The notes under the pieces are model-generated. The model was not told the DNA's origin. It ran no database searches and worked only from the letters and a program-made list of their open reading frames with translations. Shown piece after piece: positions 11,784-22,916 of a DNA stretch of 64,000 nt. The stretch is from the NCBI GenBank assembly GCA_964016885.1, contig OZ024747.1, forward strand, positions 44,392,001-44,456,000, given 5' to 3'. How positions within the stretch are numbered: position 1 is the first letter of the stretch; each line of letters begins with the position of its first letter. Made by a program: the position numbers and the translations under genes. This DNA comes from Eledone cirrhosa. Lineage: Eukaryota.

Positions 11784-14028
11784 AAAGTTATTATAAGAAA
11801 GACTAGCTCTAGGTTAGCTCAAACCAAGTAGATGTCTAAAAGATGTTCCAACTGTGACCAGCCTATGTTATTTCAAGCATTGCTTATTTCTAGGGTGGTA
11901 TACGAGGGAGATTTGGCTCCAAAATAGCGAAATGCTAAATAGTTGCCATGGGATGTAGCATGGCTGACTGGTTCAACAATTCTCTTCACAATCATTAGGT
12001 CTGGGCTCAATACCTCTGTGTGGTATCTTGGGCAAATGTTTGGAAGCTTGTCAGATGGACTGTACCTGCAATTTAAAGGGCCAGCCTTGTCACTCACTAT
12101 GTCACACAGTATCTCCCTGAAAATTACATTGAGAGTACACGTTTGTGGAATGCTCAGCCACTTACAAGTTAATTTCATGAGCAAGTAATTCCGTTGATCA
12201 AACAATGGAACCCTCATCGTTGAAACTAATGGGGGTTTATCGAAATATGTGCCTAATAGTTTTTATATGCAATAAATAGTTTTCTATATAAATACAGATA
12301 ATTTCAGTATAGAAGAATAAAATAGAGCAAAGAAAAATTGGGGAAGAAGAGCTTAAGTCTAAAGATAACAGTGAAATGATTGTCAGTTAAGCAAATGACA
12401 CTTTTAATCAAATTTTTTGAAGGGTTTTAATGATAAAAAATATGCAACCTAGTGAATGAAACTTTAAACCACATTGGTAGACCTTAGTAGACAGGTATAG
12501 AGGAATACAATTGCTCCATCAGTTTTGAAATCAAACCACATTTTATAATCAAGTTGAATATCAGAGATATGTGATTTGCAATCAATATCATAGTAAGAAT
12601 TTAATCCTAATAAGTATATAACTGATATTGTTGACATTATAGGCCTCTTATAAGAAAAATAAAAGTTCACTATCAACAAGTGTTAGCTTTCAAGGTTGTG
12701 AATAAACCACGAGGGTAAGAAGTCGACATTTTACAATCACATGGTTCCTGCTCTCTTTTACAGTACAGCATCTAAGGCTTTTACCATAAACAGAGGTCAA
12801 CTCCAAATTCATGAGTAGAATTGGGGAAAGAAAAACTGTGTAAAAGCCCATCATATTAATTGTCCCTGCTATTGTTTGGTAGATTTAACTCCTTATCCAA
12901 TTTAACAACAACACCTAGCTTTTAGGTACCTACTTCATTGCAAGCATTCAGAAGATTACTTTATATATTGATGCATTGTTTCCTATAGCAACAACCCATA
13001 AATTGTAATTTTTTTTTCTTGTTTTCCTCACCAGCCTCAGAGGTCCAGCAAAAGAAATTTATGGACTGGGCCTTACCCTTCTTCCTTTGACTAAGATAGA
13101 AAAAAAAAATAGAAATTTAATTACAGCACACATTTGATAGTTGGTAAGTAGGATAACAATCAAGTTGTTATGCTCTTCAATAATGCAAAACATAGAGACC
13201 AACAAATGTCTCCAGTCAAGGTGAGGCTCAATTTACTGGCTGCTTATATATTTTTGATAAAATCACATGACTGAAGCAACACCAAATGCTATGGCAAGAA
13301 ATGAGAAGATGTGCGCCTTGACAGATGCTTGCCTCTGGGTTCTCATAAATATTTTAACATCGTAGAATGCTGAAGCATGATGGGTGAGCATGTCTGTGTC
13401 ATCTATCAGAAGAAGACAAATTGGCAACGAGTATTGATTAGAAACTACTACAATAGATTAGTGGAAACAAGACAGAAGACACATTATTGGGCAAAAGAAC
13501 AGGTCAAAATACTATGGAAGACAGTAATAGAACATTGTTCCTTGAGCTTGAAAATAAGTAGTATTCACATATTGCTATTGTAAAAATATAGCAGCTTATA
13601 AAAGGTTCCCATTGCAAGATAAAAGACAGATATTTGTTGAAAGAGAATATGGAATAGTCGAGTAAGAATCACAGACATTGATAATGAAAAGTGAACAGAG
13701 CTGTGTCATCAGGATTGGGGATACAATAGAGCTAGACTAAACAGAAAGGAAATCATTGATAAAAGGAGAAAGTGTCAAAGGTAAAACAGTTGCATTGATT
13801 TTGCTTGTATTATTTACTATCAAACGTTTTCATAAGAAGATTAACAAAAAAAAAGTAGCTAGCAATGTACTTAATCAGGAAATAGAACATATACTGTATG
13901 TAAAAAAAAAATGTGGATCATACTTTAAAGAAATCATTTTTTGGGGTGGTGGTGGTGGTGGTGGTGATGTGGGGGCAGGGGGGGCTTCATTAAGTATTAA
14001 GAGTCTGAGTAAAATAAATTGGTATTAA

Positions 14029-14257
14029 CCCTTTTTGTGAATATATTTCAAATGAAATACACTTTATTTTAATAAATCAATGAAGAATTTTGAGGGGGTT
14101 ACTAAAATTATTAATTATATCATTATTCAGATGGTATTTGTAGCATAACAAAACATTCTTGTATAATTATGTAGAGAGGTTTTAATTTAAATAGAATCCC
14201 TTTAAAATGGGTTTCATAGAATCAGAGATAGTTTTGGTTGGGTTAGTATCAAAAGGG
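14029..14257. mobile_element. piggyBac-like MITE family A copy
   Basis: TTAA-CCCTTTT ... AAAAGGG-TTGA with shared internal sequence. Confidence 0.6.
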
Positions 14258-17179
14258 TTGATGCATACACTCTTTATAAAGTATGCAATGTTCTTCATAT
14301 AGCAAAACTCTAACAGGGTAATGATTTTAAAACAGTTAATTCTTTAATTCTTAAAGTCCTATAATGATTTAGCAGAAAACATCTAAAAATGAGTTTGTTA
14401 ATTCATGTATCATTACTAGTGGAAAGAGAGTTGTTAAAATTTCTAGTAATCTAAAGAAAAGACTTTCATTTTTAATGTGATACAGTCATAGTTCTGTTTT
14501 GTAAATTTCAAGAATGTCTTGCTAATGTGGTTTCATGTGGTACAGGACATTATGAATTAATGTGTAATGAAATTATAGTTTTCCTTAGCAGTGTTCATCT
14601 TAACTGTCTTTTTTCTTCAGTAGAATTTTAAGGTGAACACCTAAGTAATTCATACAAAGTAGCTAAGTATCGTTATTGTAGATTTAATAATTTACATGAT
14701 GACATTTTCAATTGTTGAGTCAGTGACAAACAAAACAACATCAAAATAGAGTGATGATCAAAAAAAGGTCAGGAATTTTTAAAGAAAATGCTAAATTTAA
14801 GTGATATAAAACTGGTCTCATCATCATCATTATCATCATATAAGGTCCACTTTTCTTGCTGTTGAATATTTAAAAATATGTTATGATTGTGGTGAGGCCA
14901 GTAAGTAGAGTGGGGTACCAGGAAATATAGAATGGATATCATTTGAGAGAAAGTGACGTTTGTTTTCATAGACTATCATTAAAATAAATGAAATATTACA
15001 ATCTAATAAGAGGAAGAAAATAGTACATTTATATAAATACAACTAACTCTTTGCCTTAATGAATGGTAATGATGATGGTGGTGGTGGTGGTTGTGGTGGC
15101 AACGATGGGAGTAGTATTGATGAGGATGATGATGATATGATGATTGGTGGTGGTGGTGGACTGATGGTGTTGAGGATCATCAACATGATCAGGACTCTCG
15201 TGAGAATGATCCTTTGCATTTATAAGAGTGCAAATATGGAAGTTATGGCATTCAGGTATTTCCAAAAGATTTTAACAATTACCCTAGACCAACAACATCA
15301 TAATTTTTACATCCATTCCTCCATGCTTGCATGGTCCTTCTCAGCACAGCATATCTCCACTCATTACATTCCTTTGTCAACTCCTTTGTAAGTCTCAGCA
15401 ATTTGAGGTCAGCTCTCACAACCTCTGCCTAGGTTTTTCTTGGCCTTCCTCTACTCTGGCTTCCTCCCAATGGCATTTCAACACATTTATAAATTCCAAA
15501 TCTCCATAACACAAGTCACATCCCTCAGGAATTATAGTCTGTTGTTTAACTTACATACAATGAAATTTAGACTTTATAAATTTTTCTGAGTATTTATTAC
15601 TAGTGTGAAAGTTGCATATAGATATTTGTTTAAAATAATCATTATTTGAAATCTCTCACTCTCTCTCTCTATCTATTTATCTCCCTCTTTCTCTCTATCG
15701 CTATATATCTATCTATCTCCCCCCCCCCCCACTCTCTCTTTCTTTCTTTCTCTATCTCCCTCTCTTTTTCACATACACACAGGTGATTATTTTTTACATT
15801 TTATTTCAAATTGTGTTGTTTTATAGCACAATCCTTCTAAAGAACAACAACAAAAAATAATATAATAAATTATAAGAAATGATGATGATGATGATGGGGA
15901 GAAGGAGGAGTTGGATGATGATGATGATGATAAAAAGCAATACAGAAATTATTAGAATAACATGAATTTATTATTAATTAAATAATAACTAAGAGAATTA
16001 ATATTGTATGCAATCAAAGAAATTTGATCAATTAAAAATAAAAATATATCAAACATAAAATAATGAGAAATGTTTACAAAACACGAGAAAATGATATTGT
16101 TTAGTCTTCTAATTTAGCAGAGAAAACAGGATATGAGTTTTCTCAAGATTGAACACTATAACATTTTATGAGCATTTTGCTGTTGTTTTTTTTCTATTTT
16201 GTATGTTTTTTTTTTGTTTTTTTTCTTGCTGAATAAACCCCACAACTTTAACCCTTTCCTTATCATATTTCTAATGAAAGACACAGCCTATTATTTTCAA
16301 ATCGTTTTGAAAAGACAAAATTTACTGCTAAACAGAATTATACAAAATATTTTAAAAAAAAGGATTAAAATAATAAACAGGAAAAGTGAAAGAGGTGGAG
16401 GAGAAAAATTCAGTAAAGAAAAACGTGGAAGGTAGTATATCGTAGCCACACCCTGTGGACAAAGTGGCAAAAATAATCAAGAATTTGGAAGGATTTAGTA
16501 ATATCTAATAAACTATCTGATTATTTAGTTGGAGTTTGAAGCATAACTTAACTAAGTTTCTTATATTAAATTATGATGAAAGGATTTTAGATATATATAA
16601 ATGCCCCCACAACCCTCTCAGGAATAAGTGGGTGAAGAAGCAAAAGATAAACACTTAAAATAAATAGTTTTGTATCATAGAACCAGTGATAGTTTCAGAT
16701 GGTTTGGTATCAGAAGAGCTAAACATTGTTTTTATAATACTCTCCTTTTTTCTCTTTCATGTTATTATCATTATTCTGTAGGTGAGATGATTATATAATA
16801 ATTTTACATCTACTTTCTGGAACTAAAGAAAACCCCCATTGGTTGGAAAGAGAAGATGAATCAATCTACAACTGATATTTCACTAACATATTAATATAGT
16901 AATTACTGGTATGAATTGGACATTGCAACTCTAATTTCAAGCAATTCAATATGTCACAGAGTTTACCCCTACCAGGCCCTTGGATGCCTTCAGTAGAGTC
17001 CACTCTGTTGTAAGTATTTGGAGGACGTCTTTGGTTTGATGAGGATATCTTTCTCTATTTCCCACCAATCTTCGAGGCCTTAAAAAGGGTCATCAACAAT
17101 GCCTCAAATAGTAATAAAATATATTCATAGGGTGTTATTAACAGGATGAATGGATAATAGGCTGAACATGTATGACTGG

Positions 17180-17556
17180 TAGATGAAGAAGACAAGAGAA
17201 GGTAGAGGCTGAAGTATATGAGGAGAGTGATGATGAAGAAGACAAGAGAAGGTAGATGCTGAAGTAGATGAGGAGAGTGATGATGAAGAAGATAAGAGAA
17301 GGTAGAGGCTGAAGTAGATGAGGAGAGTGATGATGAAGAAGACAAGAGAAGGTAGAGGCTGAGGAAGATGAGGGGAGTGATGATGAAGAAGACAAGAGAA
17401 GGTAGAGGCTGAGGGAGATGAGGAGAATGGTGTTGAGGAAGACAAGAGAAGGTAGAGGCTGAGGAAGATGAGGAGAATGGTGTTGAGGAAGACAAGAGAA
17501 GGTAGAGGCTGAGGAAGATGAGGAGAATGGTGTTGAGGAAGACAAGAGAAGGTAGA
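17180..17556. repeat. 50-bp minisatellite, about 7.5 copies
   Basis: GACAAGAGAA (one copy GATAAGAGAA) recurs every 50 nt from 17191 to 17541. Confidence 0.95.
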
Positions 17557-17663
17557 ATAATAAGAATAGAAAGAATGAAAAGACTGAAGAAAATGGAAGA
17601 GAGCAGCGAGAAAAAATTCAAGACAGAAAAAGGGAAAAGAGAAGAATTGGGAAAGAATGAATA

Positions 17664-18423
17664 AATGATGAGAAAGGTGAATGATGAATGATGAGAAAGG
17701 TAAATGATGAATGATGAGAAAGGTAAATGATGAATGATGAGAAAGGTAAATGATGAATGATGAGAAAGGTAAATGATGAATGATGAGAAAAGTAAATGAT
17801 GAATGATGAGAAAGGTGAATGATGAATGATGAGAAAGGTGAATGATGAATGATGAGAAAGGTGAATGATGAATGATGAGAAAGGTGAATGATGAATGATG
17901 AGAAAGGTAAATGATGAATGATGAGAAAGGTAAATGATGAATGATGAGAAAGGTAAATGATGAATGATGAGAAAAGTAAATGATGAATGATGAGAAAGGT
18001 GAATGATGAATGATGAGAAAGGTGAATGATGAATGATGAGAAAGGTAAATGATGAATGATGAGAAAGGTAAATGATGAATGATGAGAAATGTAAATGATG
18101 AATGATGAGAAAAGTAAATGATGAATGATGAGAAAGGTGAATGATGAATGATGAGAAAGGTGAATGATGAATGATGAGAAAGGTAAATGATGAATGATGA
18201 GAAAGGTGAATGATGAATGATGAGAAAGGTAAATGATGAATGATGAGAAAGGTAAATGATGAATGATGAGAAAGGTGAATGAGGAATGATGAGAAAGGTG
18301 AATGATGAATGATGAGAAAGGTGAATGATGAATGATGAGAAAGGTGAATGATGAATGATGAGAAAGGTGAATGAGGAATGATGAGAAAGGTGAATGATGA
18401 ATGATGAGAAAGGTGAATGATGA
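17664..18423. repeat. 23-bp minisatellite (ATGATGAGAAAGGTRAATGATGA), about 33 copies
   Basis: AGAAAGG at 17671, 17694, 17717 and onward. Confidence 0.95.
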
Positions 18424-18554
18424 AAATAAAATATAAAGAATTAAGGAAGAAAGATGAAAAGAAGATGCAATAAAAAATAAGAAACAAGTAGAAGAGGAAA
18501 TAATGAAATGAGATGGAAAACTCAGTTACGAAGTTAATTATACACATGAATGAA

Positions 18555-18825
18555 TTGCCTAGTGTATGGTTAGGGTGTTGGACTTATGATTGTAATGTCA
18601 TGGGTTCAATTTTCAGGCTAAAGGGTGTGTTATGTTCTTCAACAAAACAGTTTCCCATTGCTCCTGTCCACTCAACTGAAGATGAGTAGCACTAGATGGA
18701 TGGTTAATCCAACAATGGACTGGTGTCTTGGCCAGTGGGGAGTCTTGTACTCTTACTCATTTGATACCAATTAAACTGGAATTAGCACCGGCCTAATGAG
18801 CCTCAAGGCTTGGGACAAACTTGAT
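18555..18825 (+). mobile_element. Degenerate tRNA-derived SINE (CORE-like plus Nin/Deu-like domain)
   Basis: Head TGGTTAGGGTGTTGGAC...GGGTTCAATTT. Homologous to 36485-36760. Confidence 0.55.
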
Positions 18826-18854
18826 TTTTTTGGTTGTTTTTTTAGTATATGTCA

Positions 18855-19680
18855 GAGAGGAGGAAAAGGAAGAAAAACATTGATGAATGAAAAGATAATC
18901 CAGATAGAAGCAAAACGTAAGAAGGGAGAAAAACCAATAAGAAACATGAGATATAGGAAGAGAGGAAAGTCAATAGGAAAAGTGAGATTTAGGAAGAGAG
19001 AAGAAGAATAGAAGAGAGCAGAAGTTATGACATAAAGAAAGGAAATGTAAAGAAAATCAACAAAGAAGAAAAAAAAGAAAAGAAGAACAATGGTAAATGA
19101 AAGGAAAGAAAGAAAAAAATGGAAATAATAAAGACAGGTAAAGAACACTGAAGGAAGATTGAAAAAAAGAAAGAAGGGAAGATGAAGAAAGACTGAAGGC
19201 TGAAGGACTAAAGAAAGTAGGTGGAAAATGAAAGGACAAAATAGTATGAAGAACGGGGGGAAGAATGAAAGATGGAAGAATGAAAAATGGAAGAATAAAA
19301 GAAACAAACAAAAAATAAATAAATAAAATGGAAAGAAATGAAGAACAATATAAGAAGGTGGAAAAAAGTAAGATTGTAAAGAAAAAGTAAGAAAAGAAAA
19401 AAGGAAGCAAAATTATTAAAAAAGAAAAAAACATAACAAAGAAATAAAATACAAAGACAATGAAAAGCAGCAAGAGAATAAATATAATAAAGAAGAAAAG
19501 AAGAAAAAAGCAAAAGGAAAGAAAAGAAATAAGAATGTAAATAAAGAGAAATTAAGATGGACAGAAGAAAAAAAAAAATCAAAAAGACAGGAAGAAAGAT
19601 GAGAGGTGAGAAAAAAGCAGAAAGAAGAAAAGGCTGAAGAAAGTTAAAGGAGGTGAGGGGAAGAAGGTGTGAAAGGTAAG
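18855..19680. repeat. A/G-rich low-complexity tract
   Basis: Direct reading; source of several spurious Phe/Leu-rich ORFs. Confidence 0.85.
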
Positions 19681-19761
19681 TACGCTATCCATAAGAAAGA
19701 TTTGTTGGAGTATATATATGTGTGTGTCTGTGTGTGTGTGGATGTATATATATATATATAT

Positions 19762-19890
19762 AATTTAACATAGAAATGGCTTCTACAGGACTGAAACTGT
19801 TTTATTTGAAGAAAATCATCAGGGCTTTCCTGATGATTTCCTTCGAATGAGACAGTTCTAGTCCTGTAGATGCCATTTCTATATTAAATT
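19762..19890. repeat. Fold-back inverted repeat (about 60-bp arms) in a (TA)n-embedded element, with degenerate hammerhead-like cores
   Basis: AATTTAACATAGAAATGGC...TCATCAGG / CCTGATGA...GCCATTTCTATATTAAATT. CTGATGA starts at the centre on both strands. GAAAC is mutated (GAGAC, AAAAC). Confidence 0.8.
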
Positions 19891-19980
19891 TTGGAAATAC
19901 TCTACTAATGTATTGAGTACCTACTATGGTTAGCCCCGATTGAACCTAGGTCTCACTTATATATATATATATATATATAT

Positions 19981-20473
19981 ATCTATCTATCTAAGGCGGG
20001 TAAAATTCCCGAGATCCATGGACGAGTTCTCTCCAGCGGTCTCTGTCCCTCATTATCGCTGCCATATCCTGCATCTCCAACAGACCAGTGTCTGTCCTTA
20101 GGGCATCAACATATGTTAACCTTGGTCTTCCTCTTCTAGTGTGTCCATGTAGGGGCTCCCAAAGGAGCACTGAGTGCAATGTCAACTCTGGATGTCGGTG
20201 AGCATGTCCAGCCAACCTCAGTCTTCTCTGTGTCACTTTTGAGCTGACTTTTGGGATGCTCCCATACAGCTCTGAGTTTTTCATCCTCAGTGTATACTGA
20301 TTAATGTTCAGAGCCATCCTCAGCATTCTCGTGTAGCACCCATCCACCATCTGAGTGAGTCTCTTGGTCAGTGTCCAAGTCTCAGACCCATACAGCAGCA
20401 CAGACTCCACTACAGCAATGAAGAGGCGGATTTTCAGGTCTCTACGAAGGTCTGACTTCCACACCGATCTCAA
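19981..20473 (-). mobile_element. 5'-truncated RTE-clade LINE (different family), C-terminal region
   Basis: Translation RLFIAVVESVLLYGSETW...RMLRMALNI...RRLRLAGH...RRGRPRLTY...RDRWR is typical RTE C-terminus. (AGAT)n tail right after the stop; (TA)n on both sides. Confidence 0.85.
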
Positions 20474-20478
20474 TATAT

Positions 20479-20594
20479 ATATTCATTTTATTAAGGTTGA
20501 ATATTGAGATTTGTTACTTTGGAGTTTCACTGCTTCTCACCGGCAAAACTCCAGAGTAACAAGACTCATTATTTAGCCTAAATAAAATGAATAT
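20479..20594. repeat. Fold-back inverted repeat (about 48-bp arms) in a (TA)n-embedded element
   Basis: ATTCATTTTATTAAGGTTGAATATTGAGATTTGTTACTTTGGAGTTT / AAACTCCAGAGTAACAAGACTCATTATTTAGCCTAAATAAAATGAAT. Confidence 0.8.
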
Positions 20595-20746
20595 TTGAAC
20601 TCTACTTTGGTATTGAGTACTCTTTTCTCCCGGCCTTCAATTATATGCATATATGGTTCTTATATATTTGATATATATTTATCCTTATCGAGCCCTCTTT
20701 GGATTTTAGTCTTCAAATTTATTATTATTACTATATATATATATAT

Positions 20747-20836
<90 letters not shown>

Positions 20837-20959
20837 GCAGAGGTTATATTTAATTTAAAAATTAAAAAATGTTTATAACTGATATAAAGCACTCAACAAC
20901 TTAGTGGAGTAAATATACAATATATTAATAAATGGAAACTATATTTATAAAACCATATT

Positions 20960-21025
20960 TATTTTATTATACATATTTCAAGGGCAACCAAGGCAAATTA
21001 TGGTGTGCTTTCATCAGATAAAATA
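20960..21025 (-). ncRNA. Type I hammerhead ribozyme (same family as 60.4-60.7 kb)
   Basis: Minus: TATTTTAT-CTGATGA-AAGCACACC...GGTTGCCCTT-GAAA-TATGTA-TA-ATAAAATA. 8-bp stem I; AUA triplet. Confidence 0.8.
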
Positions 21026-21037
21026 CAGATTTGTTTT

Positions 21038-21393
21038 CATCATTCATTTCATTTTACGTCCGCTTTTTCTCTGCTTGCAAGGGTGGGACGGGAACTGATT
21101 CTGGCTTGATTTCTACAGCTGGATGCCCTTCCTAACACCAACCTCATTTACAGTGAGTGCTGGGTGCTTTTTTGCCGTGGCACCTCCACGACCACTTTGC
21201 AGTGGAATGATTTGGACGCCAGTCCCTATCATCTCATTTCTACAGCTGAGTAAACTGGAGCAATGTGAAATAAAGTGTCTTGCTCAAGGAAACAACACAT
21301 CACCCGGTCTGAGAATTGAACTCACAACCTTTTGATTGCAAGGCCAATGCTGTAACCACTAAGCCAATGCTCTAACCACTAAGCCATGTGCCT
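21038..21393 (-). mobile_element. tRNA-derived CORE-type SINE with RTE-derived 3' tail, inserted in the hammerhead element
   Basis: Head GGCACATGGCTTAGTGGTTAGAGC, CORE-like CCTTGAGCAAGACACTTTATTTCAC, tail homologous to 52650-52918. It interrupts gatttgtttt|tataaat, which is uninterrupted at 60521-60536. Confidence 0.85.
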
Positions 21394-21485
21394 TATAAAT
21401 AAATATTGACATACCCGGAAAAAAAGACAACCTTAACGGTTGGAGCTTCCTGGATACTATCCAGTTTCCATTTATTAATATATTG

Positions 21486-21532
<47 letters not shown>

Positions 21533-21859
21533 CGGCAATGAATTAGTTTTGTGAGGTTTTTAAATAAATAAATAAACAGACAAAATAAAGATGGCGTAGG
21601 CATACAATACAACAAGAGGAAACATAATAGCACCACTGACGATGTTGCAGATGTGCAACGAAAGAATTTTGTTAGACTATATATATGTGTTTGTGTCTAT
21701 ATTATATCTGTATTTTTGACCGTTGGTCAGTCAATGGTAACATTGAGGACCGATAAATTAAATTAACCGATATAAAAGACACAGAAGTGAAAACCAACCA
21801 AACAGTGAGTGTGTTCTGTTATTAATTCCGGCAATATTATTACACAAATATGCCGCTTC

Positions 21860-21908
<49 letters not shown>

Positions 21909-22029
21909 GGAGGTGAGTTTTATTGTAGTACAATAAAGCAATGCAGATATCGGATAAGAAGCACTCTACAGTTTGTAGGACTGGAGTATACATAATATAA
22001 GATCAAAAGATGGTTAAAGGAGTTCCATG

Positions 22030-22100
22030 TATTTTATTATGCGCATTTCAAAAACAAACATCATTATGCAATAATATTTGTGTTTTCATCAGATAAAACA
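22030..22100 (-). ncRNA. Type I hammerhead ribozyme (left arm of palindrome)
   Basis: Minus: TGTTTTAT-CTGATGA-36-nt stem-loop II-GAAA-TGCGCA-TA-ATAAAATA. Confidence 0.85.
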
Positions 22101-22223
22101 GGAGAACATGATATGAAGGCTAAAAAACACTTGTGGATAGTGCAGTTTTAAATCAACATATGATATGTTGATTTAAAACTGCACTATCCACAAGTGTTTT
22201 TTAGCCTTCATATCATGTTCTCC

Positions 22224-22294
22224 TGTTTTATCTGATGAAAACACAAATATTATTGCATGATGATGTTTGTTTTTGAAATGCGCATAATAAAATA
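22224..22294 (+). ncRNA. Type I hammerhead ribozyme (right arm of palindrome)
   Basis: Stem I 22224-31/22287-94, core CTGATGA 22232-38, 16-position stem II with one mismatch, GAAA 22275-78, palindromic stem III ATGCGCAT. Predicted cleavage after 22286 (AUA). Confidence 0.85.
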
Positions 22295-22401
22295 CATGGA
22301 ACTCCTTTAACCATCTTTTGATCTTATATTATATATATATATATGTTGATTTAAAACTTCACTATTCACAAGTGTTTTTTAAGCTTCATATCATGTATCC
22401 C

Positions 22402-22472
22402 TATTTTATCTGATGAGAACGCAGATATCATCCCATGATGATATTTGTTTTTGAAATGCGCATAATAAAATA
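22402..22472 (+). ncRNA. Type I hammerhead ribozyme (tandem diverged third copy)
   Basis: TATTTTAT-CTGATGA-GAACGCAGATATCATC(CCAT)GATGATATTTGTTTTT-GAAA-TGCGCA-TA-ATAAAATA. Predicted cleavage after 22464. Confidence 0.88.
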
Positions 22473-22916
22473 CTTGGAACTCTTTTAACCATCTTTTGAT
22501 CTTATATTATATATATATACATGGTGGCTGCCAACTCGTTTTCGAGTACGGCCACTACTTTATATCCATGTAGGAGAAACCCTACCGATGCGCTGAACGA
22601 GTGTGACTTTTTAGTCCAGCCAGCGACTTGAAAACTCTGGTACAAACACTACACTTGTGACAATTATTGACACATAATGCTGGGCCCATGGTACCATGTG
22701 ACGACAAGTGCAGAGAGATCTCCAGATATAAAGCAATGCCTGTGCCGTGCAGCTTTTATAGTGAGCAAAGGCTCTGCACAAAGCCAGTCCCATTCTCTTA
22801 ACCAAGATGATATTTACCAAAAAGAAGAACAAGTCAACATCATTGGATACCATCAGAGTTGCAGGTGTTATATCAGAGTTTTCCTTCTCCTAGAATTCTG
22901 CCTTATATATATATGA

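Larger units (their letters stand above)
21992..22332. repeat. Near-perfect palindrome, 170-bp arms, 1-nt spacer (22162)
   Basis: Position i pairs with 44324-i without indels; only one mismatch seen (22065/22259). Confidence 0.95.

Noticed and set aside
17664-18423. Regular short repeat array as possible CRISPR
   Set aside because: Contiguous tandem units with no unique spacers; eukaryotic context.
17055-19582. ORFs up to 309 aa with repeated peptides
   Set aside because: Products of 50-bp and 23-bp minisatellites (unit lengths not multiples of 3) and an A/G-rich tract.
22611-22916. Moderately GC-rich 300-bp segment with ORFs on both strands
   Set aside because: No recognisable motif; probably a TE fragment but cannot be assigned.
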